A DNA stretch of 64,000 nt from Heteronotia binoei (taxonomy: Eukaryota), in assembly GCF_032191835.1 (NCBI RefSeq), contig NC_083227.1:18972001-19036000 (forward strand). The letters are read 5' to 3'. The translations under genes and the position numbers were made by a program. How positions within the stretch are numbered: the first letter of the stretch is position 1; each line of letters begins with the position of its first letter. Below the pieces are notes generated by a model. It saw only the letters and a program-made list of their open reading frames with translations, ran no database searches and was not told where the DNA came from. Below are positions 62,978 to 64,000 of this stretch, in pieces.

Positions 62978-64000
62978 CCGTATTTGCCGGCGTATAAGAC
63001 GACTTTTTTGCCCTGAAAAACATGCCTCCAAGTGGGGGGGTCGTCTTATACGCCCAGTCGTCTTATACGCCGGTATAAAAAAACCCACAAACCCAAGGTG
63101 CGAGTTGCTAGCTCGCCCCCAGCAACGTTGTGTTTTTAAGGGAGGGGGGCATACGAGAAGAAGGCGAGTTCAATCGCAGAAGGCTAGGCGGGTGAGTGCG
63201 AACTTTCGCAACTTGCCCCAAAGCGATGCAAACAGACACGCACAAAAAAAAAGCCTCCACGTTGCAGGGAGAGAGAAAAAGCGAGCGAGAGAGAAAGATA
63301 CGCTTTCGCGTTGCCCCCCCGGGAAAAGGGGGTGGCGTACGTGAGCTTCTGGGCTTCCCACGTTGGCACCAGGAGCCTTGCAGATGCAAAGAGGGGCAAG
63401 TTTGCAAAAGTGAGGGAAGGGGGGGGATTTCCCAACCGCCCCCCTGACCGCTCCTCTCGATCTCCCCTCCGCCGCCTGCACGCAAACCAACCGCAAGACG
63501 CGCATTGCAACAAAATCAAACCACACACCCTTCCAAGCTGCTGGGAGGGGGATCAGCTCCGGAGCTCCTCCGTCGCCTTTCTGCATAAGGTATCCATTGG
63601 GGGGGGGGTGGAAGAAGCCAAGTGCTGCACCGCCTTCGCTCGCCGCCGCTGCCGCAATTTGCTCTCCCCTTCCTGGCATTTTCTTCCTCCCTCCTTCGAA
63701 GGGGGGAGAAGAAAATGGGGGAAGGCGGCGATGGGGAGGGGGGCAGAGAGCAGCGATTCCCAACTCGCTGCTGCTGATCACAGTGCAGCCTGCTGGGGGG
63801 GAGAGAAACCCCTTTCCTCCCCCCAAGTCCTGGCGGTTGGAGAGAGGGAGAGAGCGCCAAAGCCAGCTGCTTTCTGCTGCTGCGCTCCACTAGAAATGGG
63901 GTCGGGATCCCTCTCCGCCCAGCGAGAGGGAGACAGATTCACACAGGGGGCAGAGCCTGGCTGGCTTCTGCCTTCTCGTTGCCACCGAAGCCCCCCTCGG
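62978..64000 (+). mobile_element. Tc1/mariner (Tc2/pogo-like) element left end with GC-rich interior; right end outside the window
   Basis: TA + CCGTATTT...GGCGTATAAGACGAC terminus; subterminal gtcgtcttatacgcc repeated at 63040-63054 and 63057-63071. Assigning the whole GC-rich tract to the element is inference. Confidence 0.5.

Noticed and set aside
63108-63893. GC-rich overlapping ORFs at the right edge
   Set aside because: Low-complexity, stop-poor GC-rich DNA with no recognisable domain.

Overview
Vertebrate genomic DNA, most likely a squamate (lizard/gecko-like), judged from Sauria SINEs, a BovB fragment, two CR1 families, L2, Penelope termini and squamate-type L1. The window is part of a C2H2 zinc-finger gene cluster with four genes reconstructed from splice sites and reading phase. 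Gene A (minus strand, ZNF exon runs off the left edge) has a frameshifted KRAB-A exon followed by three intact 102-nt KRAB-B-like exons. Gene B (plus) is a SCAN-ZNF: SCAN exon 24187-24909, vestigial KRAB-A-position exon 26405-26528, 13 fingers in 29605-30812. Gene C (plus) has a divergent KRAB-A exon 38849-38975 and a ZNF exon 40239-42244 with 11+2 fingers split by five decayed finger repeats. Gene D (plus) is a canonical KRAB(A+B)-ZNF with 20 fingers (50633-58669). Each gene has a CpG-rich promoter candidate, and there is one extra orphan, apparently bidirectional CpG-rich region at 16.8-17.6 kb. Introns and intergenic DNA are dense with TEs: many 8-bp-TSD hAT MITEs, SINEs (tRNA- and 5S-derived), nested CR1s, two solo-LTR candidates (one with a 6-bp TSD and ERVK-like termini), and an L1 3' end abutted by a Tc2-like element. 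The most notable observations are the multiplied KRAB-B exons behind a dead KRAB-A, the graded KRAB decay across neighbouring genes, the in-frame decayed finger repeats, and the class-II-like solo LTR. No CRISPR, rRNA or true tRNA genes were found. All gene models are inferred by eye, without expression data.
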